Below are positions 63,039-64,000 of a stretch of 64,000 bases of DNA, in pieces (the stretch's first letter is position 1; each line of letters starts with the position of its first letter). The stretch covers positions 4,745 to 68,744 of the forward strand of contig CAZTLT010000001.1 in the NCBI GenBank assembly GCA_964614615.1, written 5' to 3'. The DNA comes from an uncultured Aquiluna sp. (GTDB taxonomy: Bacteria > Actinomycetota > Actinomycetes > Actinomycetales > Microbacteriaceae). Made by a program: the position numbers and the translations under genes. The notes below the pieces were generated by a model, which did not search any database, was not told the origin of the DNA, and was given only the letters and a program-made list of their open reading frames with translations.

Positions 63039-63387
63039 GGCGACCTTCGGCTCTGCGCTTTCTCATGTCCGCTAGGACTTCCTGCAATAGTTCTTCAAGT
63101 TCTGCTTTTGTCCGGCGCTCGAGAACCATGTCGTAGTGAGTGCGGGGCCGATCTGCTTCGCCAGACTCTACTTTCTGAAGTTTTGCACTCCCTACTAAAA
63201 GCGCTACCGACTGACACTGCTTACACTCCCATTCGGTCGGTGACTCAGCATCAATTGAGAAAGTGACACTGAATTGATGTCCAGCGGGGCAGCGGTATTC
63301 CACTAGCTGACGCGCGGCTAGTTCAACGCCTTCCTCGCGCTCCATGGATTGCGCTCCAAGTCTCATGCCGCGCATCGATTCAGCCAT
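63028..63387 (-). CDS. rbpA: RNA polymerase-binding protein RbpA
   Basis: MRGMRLGAQS.E, C-x3-H...WEC..C, RTHYDMVLERRT..ELEELL; usual ppm1-adjacent position. Confidence 0.92.
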   Translation of the reverse strand: MAESMRGMRLGAQSMEREEGVELAARQLVEYRCPAGHQFSVTFSIDAESPTEWECKQCQSVALLVGSAKLQKVESGEADRPRTHYDMVLERRTKAELEELLQEVLADMRKRRAEGRLTA

Positions 63388-63407
63388 TAGTTCTCCTTTA
63401 CGAGAAG

Positions 63408-63434
63408 AACAGGCTTTAGTTAGCTAGAAATCCC
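63408..63434 (-). promoter_or_regulatory. Possible SigH/SigR-type promoter of rbpA
   Basis: Minus strand GGGAT-N19-GTT upstream of the AAGGAG RBS. Confidence 0.35.
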
Positions 63435-63446
63435 ACTTTTGATAAC

Positions 63447-64000
63447 TCACAGCGATTCCCCAGATTTGAATAAGTCCACGCGGTCGCTGACAATTCCATC
63501 AGCTCCCAAATCCAATAATGAATGCATCTGAGTTGGATCATTTATGGTCCAAAAATGCACTTCGGTGTTGTGTGTTTTTAGGCGTTCAATGAAGCTTCTT
63601 TGAGCAAAGTTAACGATGCCAAGCCGAACCGGCACCTGCAAGGCGTCAACACTTGAAACAATTTTGCTAAATCCAAAGCCGAAAAGGACCGTATGGCTCA
63701 ACCAGGCACCCAGGGCAACCGAGGCAGATGCGCTAGTAGCGACGGGTTTTGAGAATTTTTTCAACGCTGATTTTCTAATCGGATTTGAAAAAGAGCTGAC
63801 TAGAACACGATCATGTGCCTCAGCTTTTTCAATGGCATGGATAGTTGGTTCAATTGCCAATTTGGATTTGATGTCCAAATTGAAAAACGCGCTGGGGAAG
63901 TGGGAGAGTGCTTCGAACAGCGTTGGAATCCGGCCACCATTTACTAACTCAATGTTTTGTAATTCAGTCAAAGTCAGTTGCGAAACTGCGGCATCAATAC
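63447..64000 (-). CDS. Glycerophosphodiester phosphodiesterase family protein (5' truncated by window edge)
   Basis: RIPTLFEAL, NLDIK, VSSFS, VHFWTIND, GADGIVSDR; frame is open to the edge. Confidence 0.9.
   Translation of the reverse strand, partial: IDAAVSQLTLTELQNIELVNGGRIPTLFEALSHFPSAFFNLDIKSKLAIEPTIHAIEKAEAHDRVLVSSFSNPIRKSALKKFSKPVATSASASVALGAWLSHTVLFGFGFSKIVSSVDALQVPVRLGIVNFAQRSFIERLKTHNTEVHFWTINDPTQMHSLLDLGADGIVSDRVDLFKSGESL

Overview
A very gene-dense, roughly 50% G+C (judged by eye) core-chromosome segment of an actinobacterium. Gene content and order (gltBD-pyk-pdtaR-polA-rpsA-coaE-uvrBAC-rapZ-whiA-sodA-gap-pgk-tpiA-secG, pentose-phosphate block, ctaB/ctaA, suf, fabG-fabI, trmI-FKBP-pafBC-tatAC-helY-lnt-ppm1-rbpA) fit Microbacteriaceae. 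The low G+C for this family and the extreme compaction suggest a streamlined freshwater Luna-type lineage (Aquiluna/Rhodoluna-like); this is inference. I find about 63 CDS and two tRNA-Leu genes, and no mobile element, prophage, CRISPR array or defence island. I cannot support a wholly new multi-gene system here. The most interesting signals are regulatory and architectural: (1) pafBC and a PAC2 protein are retained while arc/dop/pup/prcBA/pafA are absent from their usual slot, and a PafBC-like promoter motif precedes a DEDDh exonuclease; (2) a photolyase is translationally coupled behind heme A synthase, which itself has an apparent 60-aa internal duplication; (3) ten genes have leaderless-type promoters; (4) all nine convergent CDS pairs overlap, and one intrinsic terminator lies inside the opposite gene; (5) the rpsA leader has three hairpins and no SD; (6) candidate WhiA and SigH/SigR sites; (7) two RbpA paralogues. 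Several start codons were moved from the ORF track using RBS, promoter or overlap evidence.
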